Shown here one piece after another: positions 29,402-37,575 of a stretch of DNA of 64,000 nt; within the stretch, counting starts at the first letter, position 1, and the number at the start of each line of letters is the position of its first letter. Under the pieces are notes generated by a model. It did not search any database. It saw only the letters and a list, made by a program, of their open reading frames with translations, and was not told where the DNA came from. The stretch lies in NCBI GenBank assembly GCA_963698935.1, contig CAVOSU010000024.1, positions 42,952 to 106,951 on the forward strand. The letters are read 5' to 3'. A program made the translations under genes and the position numbers. Source of the DNA: an uncultured Actinomycetes bacterium. GTDB taxonomy: Bacteria > Actinomycetota > Thermoleophilia > Gaiellales > Gaiellaceae.

Positions 29402-29997
29402 TCTCCCGAGACAGCATCGTCGAGAACCCGATCGACGCCCTCGCGCGCACGGTCGAGGCCCTGCTGGTCGTCGCGTCGCAGCCGCTCACGGTCGAGCAGC
29501 TTGTCGACGCGACCGAGGACGACGTCGAACGGATCGAGACCGCGCTCGGCCTGCTCTCGGAGCGGTATCGCGAGGGGCGGAGCGGCATCGTCCTGGAGCG
29601 GGCCGCCGGCGGGTACGCCTTCCGGGCGGCACGCGAGGCGGCGGAGGCGTGCGGCCGTCTGTTCGAGCAGCCGGTCGAGCGTGGGCTCTCGCAGGCGGCG
29701 CTCGAGACGCTGGCGATCGTCGCCTACATCGGCCCCGTCTCGCGCCCGGAGATCGCCCGGATCCGCGGCGTGGCGGCGGATTCGACCGTCGCGTCGCTCG
29801 TCGAACGAGGGCTCATCGCCGAGGCCGGCCGCGAGGCCGGGCCCGGCGGCGCGGTGCGCTACCGCGCGACGCCGCTCTTCGAGCGGGTGTTCGGGCTCGA
29901 CAGCCTCGCGGAGCTGCCGCGGCTCGACGACCTCGGCGCCGACGCCGAGGAGCTGCGCGAGCGGCTGCTCGAGGTCGCGGGCGCCCGCGCGTCCTAG
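29380..29997 (+). CDS. scpB: segregation and condensation protein B
   Basis: VEALLVVASQPLTVEQL and LSQAALETLAIVAYIGPVSRPEIARIRGV winged-helix motifs. GTG 29380 overlaps scpA by 22 nt; the start is uncertain. Confidence 0.85.
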   Translation: MDRPLRLISRDSIVENPIDALARTVEALLVVASQPLTVEQLVDATEDDVERIETALGLLSERYREGRSGIVLERAAGGYAFRAAREAAEACGRLFEQPVERGLSQAALETLAIVAYIGPVSRPEIARIRGVAADSTVASLVERGLIAEAGREAGPGGAVRYRATPLFERVFGLDSLAELPRLDDLGADAEELRERLLEVAGARAS

Positions 29998-30052
29998 GAT
30001 CCGCAGGGTCAGAAGCGCTTGTAACACACTGTTGCACGCGCCTTTCGACCCG

Positions 30053-30058
30053 TAGCAT
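30053..30058 (+). promoter_or_regulatory. -10 box, leaderless DJ-1/PfpI gene
   Basis: TAGCAT, 6 nt, GTG 30065. Confidence 0.45.
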
Positions 30059-30064
30059 CGCGGC

Positions 30065-30640
30065 GTGACGCGGATCGCGATCGTCCTGTTCGAGGGAGTC
30101 GAGGAGCTCGACTTCGCGGGGCCGTGGGAGGTGCTCGCGGCCTGGGCGACGCAGCATCCGGACGACGGCGTCACGGTCTTCACCGTCGCGGACACGACCG
30201 AGCTCCTGCGGTGCGCGAAGGGCCTCCGGGTCGCGGCCGACCACACGTGGGACACGGCGCCTCCCGCAGACGTGCTGCTCGTCCCCGGGGGCTCCGGGGT
30301 CAACGCGAAGCTCGAGGACGAGGCGTTCCTCGACCGGCTCCGCGCGTATTCCGGTCGCGGCGCGCTCGTGACGAGCGTGTGCACTGGCGCACTGGCTCTC
30401 GCCGCCGCCGGTCTCCTCCGCGACCGTCCGGCCACCACCTGGTGGGGACGGCTCGACCGGCTCGCCGAGCTCGAGCCGACCGTCGAGCTGCGACCCGACG
30501 ACCGGTTCGTGGACAGCGGCGAGATCGTCACTGCGGCGGGGGTGTCGGCCGGGATCGACATGGCCCTCCACCTCGTTGCGCGCCTCCACTCCCTCGAGCG
30601 CGCACGCGAGGTCCGCCGCTACATCCAATACGACCATTAG
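30065..30640 (+). CDS. DJ-1/PfpI family protein
   Basis: Nucleophile elbow TSVCTGALALAAAGLL; GATase1-like fold of 191 aa. Confidence 0.9.
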   Translation: MTRIAIVLFEGVEELDFAGPWEVLAAWATQHPDDGVTVFTVADTTELLRCAKGLRVAADHTWDTAPPADVLLVPGGSGVNAKLEDEAFLDRLRAYSGRGALVTSVCTGALALAAAGLLRDRPATTWWGRLDRLAELEPTVELRPDDRFVDSGEIVTAAGVSAGIDMALHLVARLHSLERAREVRRYIQYDH

Positions 30641-30744
30641 CCAGCTCGCGAAGCGGGATTCCGCAGGAGCGGAATCCCGCCGCTTGATCCCCGCCTGCGG
30701 CGGGGGCACACCCCTGAAGGCTCCCGCTTCGCGGTCGCAAACTG
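30641..30744 (+). repeat. three-hairpin intergenic repeat, copy D
   Basis: Starts on the base after TAG 30638-30640. H1 is GCGGGATTCCGC-AGGA-GCGGAATCCCGC. Confidence 0.9.
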
Positions 30745-30793
30745 CCGCGATCGCCGTCACGTCCGAGCCTGTTTGGCGGGGATACCTCCGGGG

Positions 30794-31999
30794 CTACAGC
30801 TGCCAGGCGCCCGCGCGCAGGAGCGGCACCGGCTCGCCGTCCCGCGTGATCCCGTCTACGTCGAGCTCGGGGGAGCCGATCATGAAGTCGACGTGGATGT
30901 CCGAGCGGTTCACCCGCGCGAGATCCTCGTCGGATTGCACGCCAAGGGTGTACCCGCTCCCGAGCGCGATGTGACTCGCCGCGTTCTCGTCGATCAGTGT
31001 CTCGTAGAAGACCGTGCCGAGCGGTCCGATCCGCCCCTCGCCGTCGACGAGCGCGAGCTCGCCGAGGAATGAGCCACCGTCGTCCTTCGCCGCGATCGCC
31101 CGCATTGCGTCCGCGCCGCGGTCGGCATCGATCCGCACTGCCCGCCCGCCTGCGAACTCGACCCGGATGCCGTCGATCAGGGCGCCGTACAGCTCGAGCG
31201 GGCGCGTCCCGGTCACGTGCCCGTCGACGCGCAAGGGATCCGGCGTCGTGAAGATCTCCTCGCTCGGGATGTTCGGGAAATGGCGGAGGCCGTCGATCGT
31301 CTCGAAGTCCGCGGCGTGCCAGATCGACGTCGGGAAGAGGCCGATCGTCACGTCGGTGCCGGCCCCGTACAGGCGGATTGCGTCGAAGCGCCGCTCCGTC
31401 AGTCGTGCCGCAATGGCTTCGAGCGTGCGCGCGCGCTCGCGCCAGGCCGCCTCGGGGTCCTCGCTGTCGAGCCGGCAGATGTACGCGATCTCCTCCCAGA
31501 GACGCTCATACGCAGCGTCCGCGGCGAGGTTTGGGTACACGAGCGCTCCCCACGCGGGCGTAGGAGCCGGGGCGACGCACCAGTTGGTGGTGCGCCGGTT
31601 GACGACGTCGCCCGTCTTCGGGAGATAGGGCAGGACGTCTTTTCCGGCCCGGGCGAGGTCGATCCCGTCGAGCGAGTCCGGGGCGGCCGGCCCGTTGAGC
31701 GTCACCCGGGCCGCGTGCTCGGAGGAGAGCCACTCGAGCCGGTCCTCGAGCCAGGGCGGGATGTACTCGAGCGTCGACTCGTCCGCGTGCGCGAGGCGCT
31801 GACGCTTGACCCAGGGATCGAATGTGATCACGTCGACCCAGCTCGCGCCGCGCTCGTAGGCCGCGCGCGCGACCTCGCGCGTGAGCGCCTCCTTGCCCGT
31901 GTACGTCGTGACCCCGACGATCTGGCCGGGCTGGACATTTGCGCCGTACCCGACGACGAGATCGGCGAGCCGGCGCGTGAGCTCGGCGTGGTCGGTCAC
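30794..31999 (-). CDS. M29-family aminopeptidase (AmpS/aminopeptidase T-like)
   Basis: LADLVVGYGANVQPGQIV...AAYERGASWVDV is an N-terminus typical of M29; 401 aa. Confidence 0.85.
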   Translation of the reverse strand: MTDHAELTRRLADLVVGYGANVQPGQIVGVTTYTGKEALTREVARAAYERGASWVDVITFDPWVKRQRLAHADESTLEYIPPWLEDRLEWLSSEHAARVTLNGPAAPDSLDGIDLARAGKDVLPYLPKTGDVVNRRTTNWCVAPAPTPAWGALVYPNLAADAAYERLWEEIAYICRLDSEDPEAAWRERARTLEAIAARLTERRFDAIRLYGAGTDVTIGLFPTSIWHAADFETIDGLRHFPNIPSEEIFTTPDPLRVDGHVTGTRPLELYGALIDGIRVEFAGGRAVRIDADRGADAMRAIAAKDDGGSFLGELALVDGEGRIGPLGTVFYETLIDENAASHIALGSGYTLGVQSDEDLARVNRSDIHVDFMIGSPELDVDGITRDGEPVPLLRAGAWQL

Positions 32000-32006
32000 G
32001 GTCCGG

Positions 32007-32012
32007 AGCGTA
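32007..32012 (-). promoter_or_regulatory. -10 box, leaderless M29 aminopeptidase gene
   Basis: On the minus strand: TACGCT, 7 nt, GTG (31999). Confidence 0.4.
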
Positions 32013-32017
32013 CCCGC

Positions 32018-32023
32018 GAGAAT
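32018..32023 (+). promoter_or_regulatory. -10-like box, leaderless rluB
   Basis: GAGAAT, 8 nt, ATG 32032. No SD. Confidence 0.35.
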
Positions 32024-32031
32024 GGCGCGCG

Positions 32032-32724
32032 ATGCGACTGAACGCCTACCTCGCGCGGGCCGGTGTCGCCTCGCGGCGAGGCGCCGACGAGCTGATCAAG
32101 GCGGGGCGGGTGGCTGTGAACGGCGCACCCGGCGAGCTGAATACCTTCGTCGGCAGCGCCGACGACGTCCGCGTCGACGGCCGCGCGATCGGCGCACAGC
32201 GGCTTCGGCACGTTCTGCTGAACAAGCCGCGCGGCACGATCACGACGGCGCGCGACCCGCAGGGCAGGCCGACCGTGGTCGACCTCGTCGGCGGCGAGGT
32301 GCGGGTCGTCCCCGTGGGGCGGCTCGACCGCGACACGACGGGCGTCCTCCTCCTGACGAACGACGGACCGCTTGCGCACCGGCTCGCCCATCCGCGCTAC
32401 CGCGTCGAGAAGACGTACGTGGCGGACGTCGAGGGCGAGCCCGCGGACGACGTGCTTCGCCGCCTCGCGGACGGCGTCGAGCTCGACGACGGCGCGACCG
32501 CCCCCGCGAAGGCCCGACGACTGGGCCCGTCCCGCCTCGAGCTCGTGCTGCACGAGGGTCGGAACCGGCAGGTGCGGCGGATGCTCGAGGCCGTCGGGCA
32601 TCCCGTCGCGAAGCTGCGCCGGTCGCGGTACGCCGGTCTCGGGCCTGGGCGGCTGCGCCCCGGGCAGTGGCGCGACCTGACGTCGGCCGAGGTCGCCTCG
32701 CTCCGCCGCCTCGTGGGGCTCTAG
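32032..32724 (+). CDS. rluB: RsuA/RluB-family pseudouridine synthase
   Basis: S4 domain MRLNAYLARAGVASRRGADELI; catalytic GRLDRDTTGVLLLTNDG. Confidence 0.9.
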   Translation: MRLNAYLARAGVASRRGADELIKAGRVAVNGAPGELNTFVGSADDVRVDGRAIGAQRLRHVLLNKPRGTITTARDPQGRPTVVDLVGGEVRVVPVGRLDRDTTGVLLLTNDGPLAHRLAHPRYRVEKTYVADVEGEPADDVLRRLADGVELDDGATAPAKARRLGPSRLELVLHEGRNRQVRRMLEAVGHPVAKLRRSRYAGLGPGRLRPGQWRDLTSAEVASLRRLVGL

Positions 32725-32733
32725 GACGACTGG

Positions 32734-33789
32734 CTACTCGAACCAGACGAGGGTCGCGAGAACCACGTACAGGCTCACGAGCGCGAGCCCCTCGAAGAGC
32801 ACGGCCTCGCCGTCGCCGGTGATCTGCCACACGGCGATCGCGGTGAGCGCGAGCGCCCCCAGGTAGACCGGGTCGATCACGAACGTCAGTCGGTGCTCGA
32901 AGGCGAGCGACGCGATCACGAGCACCGGGTAGAGGAAGCACGCGATCTGCGAGACGGAGTTCTTCACGACCGAGATCGAGAGGTCGTTGTGGCCCTTCCA
33001 CGCGAGCGAGACCGCGACGACGTTCTCCACTGCGTTGCCTGCGAGCGCGACGATCACGAGCCCGGTGAACGCCTTCGAGATGCCGAGCGTCTCGACAGCA
33101 GGGTCGAGAGCGTCGACGAACCAGTCCGAGAGGAGAGCGGCGAGGACGCCCGCAGCTGCGAGCATCGCGATGGCGACGGGGAACGGGATGGAAGAGTGGG
33201 AAGGCTCCAGGAGCGCACGTTCGGAGGTCCGGTCGGAGCGGAGGTACGCGAACAGCCACGCGGCATAGACGAAGAGCAGGCAGATGGCGCCGACGACCGA
33301 GATCTCCACCTGGTGCTCGCTCGCGCGGTCACCGACCTGGTCCGACAGCCCGAGGATCGAGATGAGGAAGACGGCGAGGAGCACGAGCGTCGCGGTGTCG
33401 TTCGGCAGCCTCGCCCCGAAGGTCATCTTCCCGTCGGGCCGGCGGATCGATCCGGCGGCGATCGCGAGCCCAAGCACGAGGAGCGCGTTCGCGAAGAGCG
33501 AGCCGAGGATCGAGAACTGGGCGACGACGACCTCGCCGGCCGAGAGTGCGAAGAGGACGATGAACAGCTCGGGGAGGTTCCCGAGCGTCGACTGGAGCGC
33601 CCCGGTGACGGCCGGTCCGAACCGCGCGCCGACCGACTCGGTGGCGATGCCGATCGTCCAGGCGACGCCACCGAGCGCCGCGCCGGTGACCACGAAGGTG
33701 ACGACCGGGTCGGCCCCGGCGAAATGGAGCGCACCACCGACGATCGCGACGACGGCGACGATCGCCGCCCCCGCGTACGTACGGGTCAC
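32734..33789 (-). CDS. calcium/proton exchanger (CaCA family, ChaA-like)
   Basis: Alpha-repeat motifs GNLPELF and GNAVENV; about 11 TM segments. Confidence 0.9.
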   Translation of the reverse strand: MTRTYAGAAIVAVVAIVGGALHFAGADPVVTFVVTGAALGGVAWTIGIATESVGARFGPAVTGALQSTLGNLPELFIVLFALSAGEVVVAQFSILGSLFANALLVLGLAIAAGSIRRPDGKMTFGARLPNDTATLVLLAVFLISILGLSDQVGDRASEHQVEISVVGAICLLFVYAAWLFAYLRSDRTSERALLEPSHSSIPFPVAIAMLAAAGVLAALLSDWFVDALDPAVETLGISKAFTGLVIVALAGNAVENVVAVSLAWKGHNDLSISVVKNSVSQIACFLYPVLVIASLAFEHRLTFVIDPVYLGALALTAIAVWQITGDGEAVLFEGLALVSLYVVLATLVWFE

Positions 33790-34769
33790 GCCAGCCTCAC
33801 GAATCCCATCCGCTCGTACATCGCCGAGAGCGTCGGCGCGGACGCCGCCCGTGCCTTGTCGGCCCCGACCGCAAGCAGACGGAGGAGCTCGGGCTCGTCC
33901 GTCCGCAGCTCGAGGTACCGGTCGCGCACCGGCATGAGGAGCTCGACCACCGCCTCCCCGACATCGAGCTTGAGGTCGCCGTACCCCGCCCCGTCGTACG
34001 CCCGCTCGACCTCCTCGGGCGTGCGGTCAGTGGCGACCGAGAGAATGTCGACGAGGTTTGTCACACCAGGCTTGTCGTCGCCCCGTCGGACCTCGCGTCC
34101 CGAGTCGGTCACCGCCGAGCGGAACTTCTTCCGGATCACGTCGGGATCGTCGAGCAGCCTCACCGTCCCTTGCTCGGTGCCGCCGGTCGTCGACATCTTC
34201 CTCGTCGGCTCCTGGAGATCCATGATCCGTGCGCCGACGTCCGGGTAGATGCCCTCCGGGACCACGAACGTCTCCCCGAAGCGGGAGTTGAACCGCTGCG
34301 CGACGTCCCGCGCGAGCTCGAGGTGCTGGCGTTGGTCGTCGCCGATCGGGACGCGGTCGGTCTGGTAGAGCAGGATGTCGCCGGCCATCAGCACGGGGTA
34401 CGTGAAGAGCCCCGACGACACGAACTCGCGCTGGTCGGCCTTGTCCTTGAACTGGGTCATCCGCCCGAGCTGGCCGTAGCTCGTGACGGACGAGAGCAGC
34501 CAACTCGACTCGGCATGCGCGGTGACGTGGCTCTGGGCGAACACCGTCGAGCGCTCCGGGTCGAGCCCGGTCGCGACGAGCATCGCGAACAGGTCGAGCG
34601 TTTTCTCGTGCAGGTCGCGCGGGTCGTACTCGACGGTGATCGAGTGGAGGTCGACGATGCAGAAGAACGCCTCGCCGAGCTCCTGTGTCCGCGCGTACTG
34701 GCGGAAGCCGCCGATGTAGTTGCCGAGATGCTTGTCGCCGGTGGGCTGGATGCCCGAGAAGATCCTCAT
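33786..34769 (-). CDS. trpS: tryptophan--tRNA ligase
   Basis: MRIFSGIQPTGDKHLGNYIG (HIGH region) and KMSTT (KMSKS region). Confidence 0.95.
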   Translation of the reverse strand: MRIFSGIQPTGDKHLGNYIGGFRQYARTQELGEAFFCIVDLHSITVEYDPRDLHEKTLDLFAMLVATGLDPERSTVFAQSHVTAHAESSWLLSSVTSYGQLGRMTQFKDKADQREFVSSGLFTYPVLMAGDILLYQTDRVPIGDDQRQHLELARDVAQRFNSRFGETFVVPEGIYPDVGARIMDLQEPTRKMSTTGGTEQGTVRLLDDPDVIRKKFRSAVTDSGREVRRGDDKPGVTNLVDILSVATDRTPEEVERAYDGAGYGDLKLDVGEAVVELLMPVRDRYLELRTDEPELLRLLAVGADKARAASAPTLSAMYERMGFVRLA

Positions 34770-34770
34770 G

Positions 34771-34805
34771 GGTTCCTTTCGTCCGCTTCGCGGCCGAAAG
34801 GAACC
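34771..34805 (-). promoter_or_regulatory. SD-sequestering hairpin immediately upstream of trpS
   Basis: mRNA sense: GGUUCCUUUCG-13 nt-CGAAAGGAACC-C-AUG. This is an 11-bp perfect stem whose 3' arm contains the AAGGA SD. Confidence 0.6.
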
Positions 34806-34879
34806 TAGATCCTTCGGCCGCGCTCGTGCACGGGCGCCGGCGTGCGCCAGAACACGGAGTGGCGGTCGAGTCCGGCCAT
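34805..34879 (-). CDS. candidate 24-codon leader peptide of trpS (contains one Trp codon)
   Basis: TTGACG-17 nt-TAAACA-6 nt-ATG. Peptide is MAGLDRHSVFWRTPAPVHERGRRI. The G of its TAG stop is the first base of the SD-sequestering hairpin. Confidence 0.3.
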   Translation of the reverse strand: MAGLDRHSVFWRTPAPVHERGRRI

Positions 34880-34927
34880 CTCCAATGTTTAGCCGTTTTG
34901 GCGCAGAGCGTCAAAACGGGCCCTGGA

Positions 34928-34933
34928 TACACT
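34928..34933 (+). promoter_or_regulatory. -10 box, leaderless DAHP synthase gene
   Basis: TACACT, 6 nt, ATG 34940. No SD. Confidence 0.45.
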
Positions 34934-34939
34934 CGCCGC

Positions 34940-36292
34940 ATGGCAGTGACGGAGCCCTGGACGCCTTCCTCGTGGCGCTCGCTGCCTGTGCTGCAGCAGC
35001 CGGACTGGCCCGACCCGAGCGTGGTCGAGGAGGTTCGCGAGCGGCTGCGGCAGCTGCCGCCGCTCGTCTTCGCCGGCGAGGCGAGGGCGCTCCAGCGCGC
35101 GCTCGCGGAGGCCGTCGAGGGTCGGGCGTTCCTCCTCCAGGCGGGCGACTGCGCCGAGTCGTTCCGCGATGTCTCTGCGGTCGCGATCCGGGAGCGCCTC
35201 AAGGTGATCCTCCAAATGTCTGCCGTGCTCACCTACGGCGCGACGCTGCCCGTCGTCAAGGTCGGCCGGATCGCGGGGCAGTTCACAAAGCCCCGATCGG
35301 CGCCGACGGAGCTCGTCGACGGCGTCGAGCTGCCCGCGTTCCGCGGTCACGCGGTGCACTCGGACGAGCGGACCCGCGAGGCCCGCATCCCCGACCCCGA
35401 GCGGATGGTGCAGGCCTACTACCAGGCGGTCTCGACCCTCAACCTCCTCCGGGCGTTCACGAAGGGCGGCTTCGCCGACCTCACCCAGGTGCACACGTGG
35501 AACCAGGAGTTCGTCACGACCTCGCTGGAGGGCAGGCGCTACGAGGTGATCGCGAACGAGATCGGCCGCGCGCTCCGCTTCATGCAGGCGATCGGAATCG
35601 ACCTCGGCGACGAGCACTCGATCCACGAGGTGGACATCTGGACGAGCCATGAGGCGCTCCTCCTCGACTACGAAGAGCCGCTCGCGCGCCGGGACTCCAC
35701 GACCGGCGACTGGTACGCCTGCTCGGCCCACTTCCTCTGGGTCGGCGAGCGGACACGCCAGCCGGACGGCGCCCACGTCGAGTTCCTCGCCGGGGTCGAC
35801 AACCCGATCGGCGCGAAGATCGGGCCCGACGCGACCCCGGGCGAGCTGGTCGCGCTCTGCGAGCGGCTCAACCCACGGCGCGTGCCAGGGCGGCTGACGC
35901 TCCTCACACGCCTCGGCGCCGATCGCGTGCAAGACGTGCTGCCGCCCCTGATCCAGGCCGTCCGCGAGAGCGGCGTGCCCGTCCTCTGGGTCTGCGACCC
36001 GATGCACGCCAACACGTTCGTGACCCCGTCGGGCCACAAGACGCGCCGGTTCGACGACGTGCTCGGGGAGATCGAGAGCTTCTTCGCGGCGCACCGCGAG
36101 GTGGGGACGTGGCCGGGCGGCGTGCATCTCGAGGTGACCGGGGAGAACGTCACGGAGTGCCTCGGCGGCTCGGAGGAGGTGCTCGAGGAGCAGCTGGACA
36201 CGCGCTACGAGACCCTCTGCGATCCCCGGCTCAACGCCCGGCAGTCGCTCGACCTCGCCTTCCGCGTCGCGGAGTTGATGCGGGCCGCATGA
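34940..36292 (+). CDS. aroG: class II 3-deoxy-7-phosphoheptulonate (DAHP) synthase
   Basis: WRSLPVLQQPDWPD...LLQAGDCAESF is a class II (plant/actinobacterial type) signature; 450 aa. Confidence 0.9.
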   Translation: MAVTEPWTPSSWRSLPVLQQPDWPDPSVVEEVRERLRQLPPLVFAGEARALQRALAEAVEGRAFLLQAGDCAESFRDVSAVAIRERLKVILQMSAVLTYGATLPVVKVGRIAGQFTKPRSAPTELVDGVELPAFRGHAVHSDERTREARIPDPERMVQAYYQAVSTLNLLRAFTKGGFADLTQVHTWNQEFVTTSLEGRRYEVIANEIGRALRFMQAIGIDLGDEHSIHEVDIWTSHEALLLDYEEPLARRDSTTGDWYACSAHFLWVGERTRQPDGAHVEFLAGVDNPIGAKIGPDATPGELVALCERLNPRRVPGRLTLLTRLGADRVQDVLPPLIQAVRESGVPVLWVCDPMHANTFVTPSGHKTRRFDDVLGEIESFFAAHREVGTWPGGVHLEVTGENVTECLGGSEEVLEEQLDTRYETLCDPRLNARQSLDLAFRVAELMRAA

Positions 36293-36326
36293 TCGCCTCC
36301 GGCGATCTCCGGCCCCGGTCGAACGC

Positions 36327-37433
36327 GTGAGCTTTCAGCAGGTACAGCGGCTCGCCGTCGTCGGCACGGGCCTGATCGGCGCCTCGGCCGCGCTGGCCGC
36401 GCGTCGCGCAGGCGTGCCGACCGTGGCGGGCTGGGATCCGGACGGTGAGGCGCTCGCGCTCGCAGCGGCGCGCGGCGCCGTCGAGCCTGCCGACGACCTC
36501 GCCGCCACGGTCGCCGACGCCGAACTCGTGCTCGTCGCGGCGCCGGTCGGCGACCTCCCCGAGACCGTGCGAGATGTCCTCGGTCATGCGGCCGAGGGAG
36601 CGACGGTCACCGACGTCGGCTCGACGAAGCGGCCGGTCTGCGCGGCGGCCGCGGCGGACGAGCGCTTCATCGGCGGCCACCCGATCTGCGGCGCCGAGAC
36701 GCGCGGGCCCGGCCGCGCCGCGGCGGAGCTCTTCGACGGCGCGACGTGGTTCCTCACTCCGACGGCCGCGACGGCGCCCGAGCGGTTGCGGTTGCTCCAC
36801 GGCTTCGTCAGCGCGCTCGGCGCGCGACCTGTCGCGATCGGGCCCGACGCGCACGACCGGCTCGTCGGGCTGACGAGCCACCTCCCGCATGTCCTCGCAA
36901 ACGTGCTCCTCAACCACGCGGGCTCGACGCGGATCGACGGCCACGACCCGCTCCAGGCGGCCGGCGGCTCCCTGCGGGACATGACCCGGATCGCGGGCGC
37001 GAACCCGCGGATCTGGGTCGACATCTTCCTCGACAACCGGGAGGCGCTCGGGCTCGCGCTCGCCGAGCAGCGCCGTGCGCTCGAGCAGGTCGAGCGAGCG
37101 CTGGCGGACGGCGACGCGGGGTTCCTCGCGCGCTGGATCGGCGAGGCGAGCGCGCATCGGCGGCGTCTGCTCGGAACCGCCTTCGCCGATCCCGGCGCCC
37201 TCCAGCGGCTCCGCATCCACATCCCCGACCGCCCGGGAGTGCTTGCGGGCATCTTCCACGCGCTCGGCGCGGAGCGGATCAACGTCGAGGACTTCGAGAT
37301 GGACCACGTCTCGAGCGAGCGCGGCGGCACGCTCACGGTGCTCGTCTCCGGCGACGGCGAGGCGGAGCGCGCCGTCCGGCTCCTCGAGGGTCAGGGCTAC
37401 GGCGTCGTGGCCGCACCGGTGATCGAGGAGTGA
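36327..37433 (+). CDS. tyrA: prephenate dehydrogenase with C-terminal ACT domain
   Basis: Rossmann motif LAVVGTGLIGAS, then HPICG...; ACT-like tail RIHIPDRPGVLAGIFHALG. Confidence 0.9.
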   Translation: MSFQQVQRLAVVGTGLIGASAALAARRAGVPTVAGWDPDGEALALAAARGAVEPADDLAATVADAELVLVAAPVGDLPETVRDVLGHAAEGATVTDVGSTKRPVCAAAAADERFIGGHPICGAETRGPGRAAAELFDGATWFLTPTAATAPERLRLLHGFVSALGARPVAIGPDAHDRLVGLTSHLPHVLANVLLNHAGSTRIDGHDPLQAAGGSLRDMTRIAGANPRIWVDIFLDNREALGLALAEQRRALEQVERALADGDAGFLARWIGEASAHRRRLLGTAFADPGALQRLRIHIPDRPGVLAGIFHALGAERINVEDFEMDHVSSERGGTLTVLVSGDGEAERAVRLLEGQGYGVVAAPVIEE

Positions 37434-37434
37434 G

Positions 37435-37449
37435 CGGTGTCAGACACCG
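37435..37449. promoter_or_regulatory. 15-bp palindrome CGGTGTC-A-GACACCG, copy 1
   Basis: Perfect palindrome 2 nt after the tyrA stop. An identical copy lies 99 bp downstream. Confidence 0.5.
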
Positions 37450-37533
37450 AACTGCCGCCGCGCCTCCCCGCTTCGGCGTGAATTCTCTCGCGTGCAAGGG
37501 TTCTTGTGCGCCCACGCATGCACTGCGCGAAGA

Positions 37534-37548
37534 CGGTGTCAGACACCG
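37534..37548. promoter_or_regulatory. 15-bp palindrome CGGTGTC-A-GACACCG, copy 2
   Basis: Identical to 37435-37449. Lies 28 nt upstream of aroA ATG 37576. Confidence 0.5.
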
Positions 37549-37575
37549 TTTCCTGTCAAGACGTCCCGTCGGGCC

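Noticed and set aside
34770-34939. T-box riboswitch upstream of trpS
   Set aside because: No GGUGGNACCGCG-type T-box core or specifier-loop arrangement was found by eye. The uORF plus hairpin explanation fits better. A covariance-model scan is still needed.
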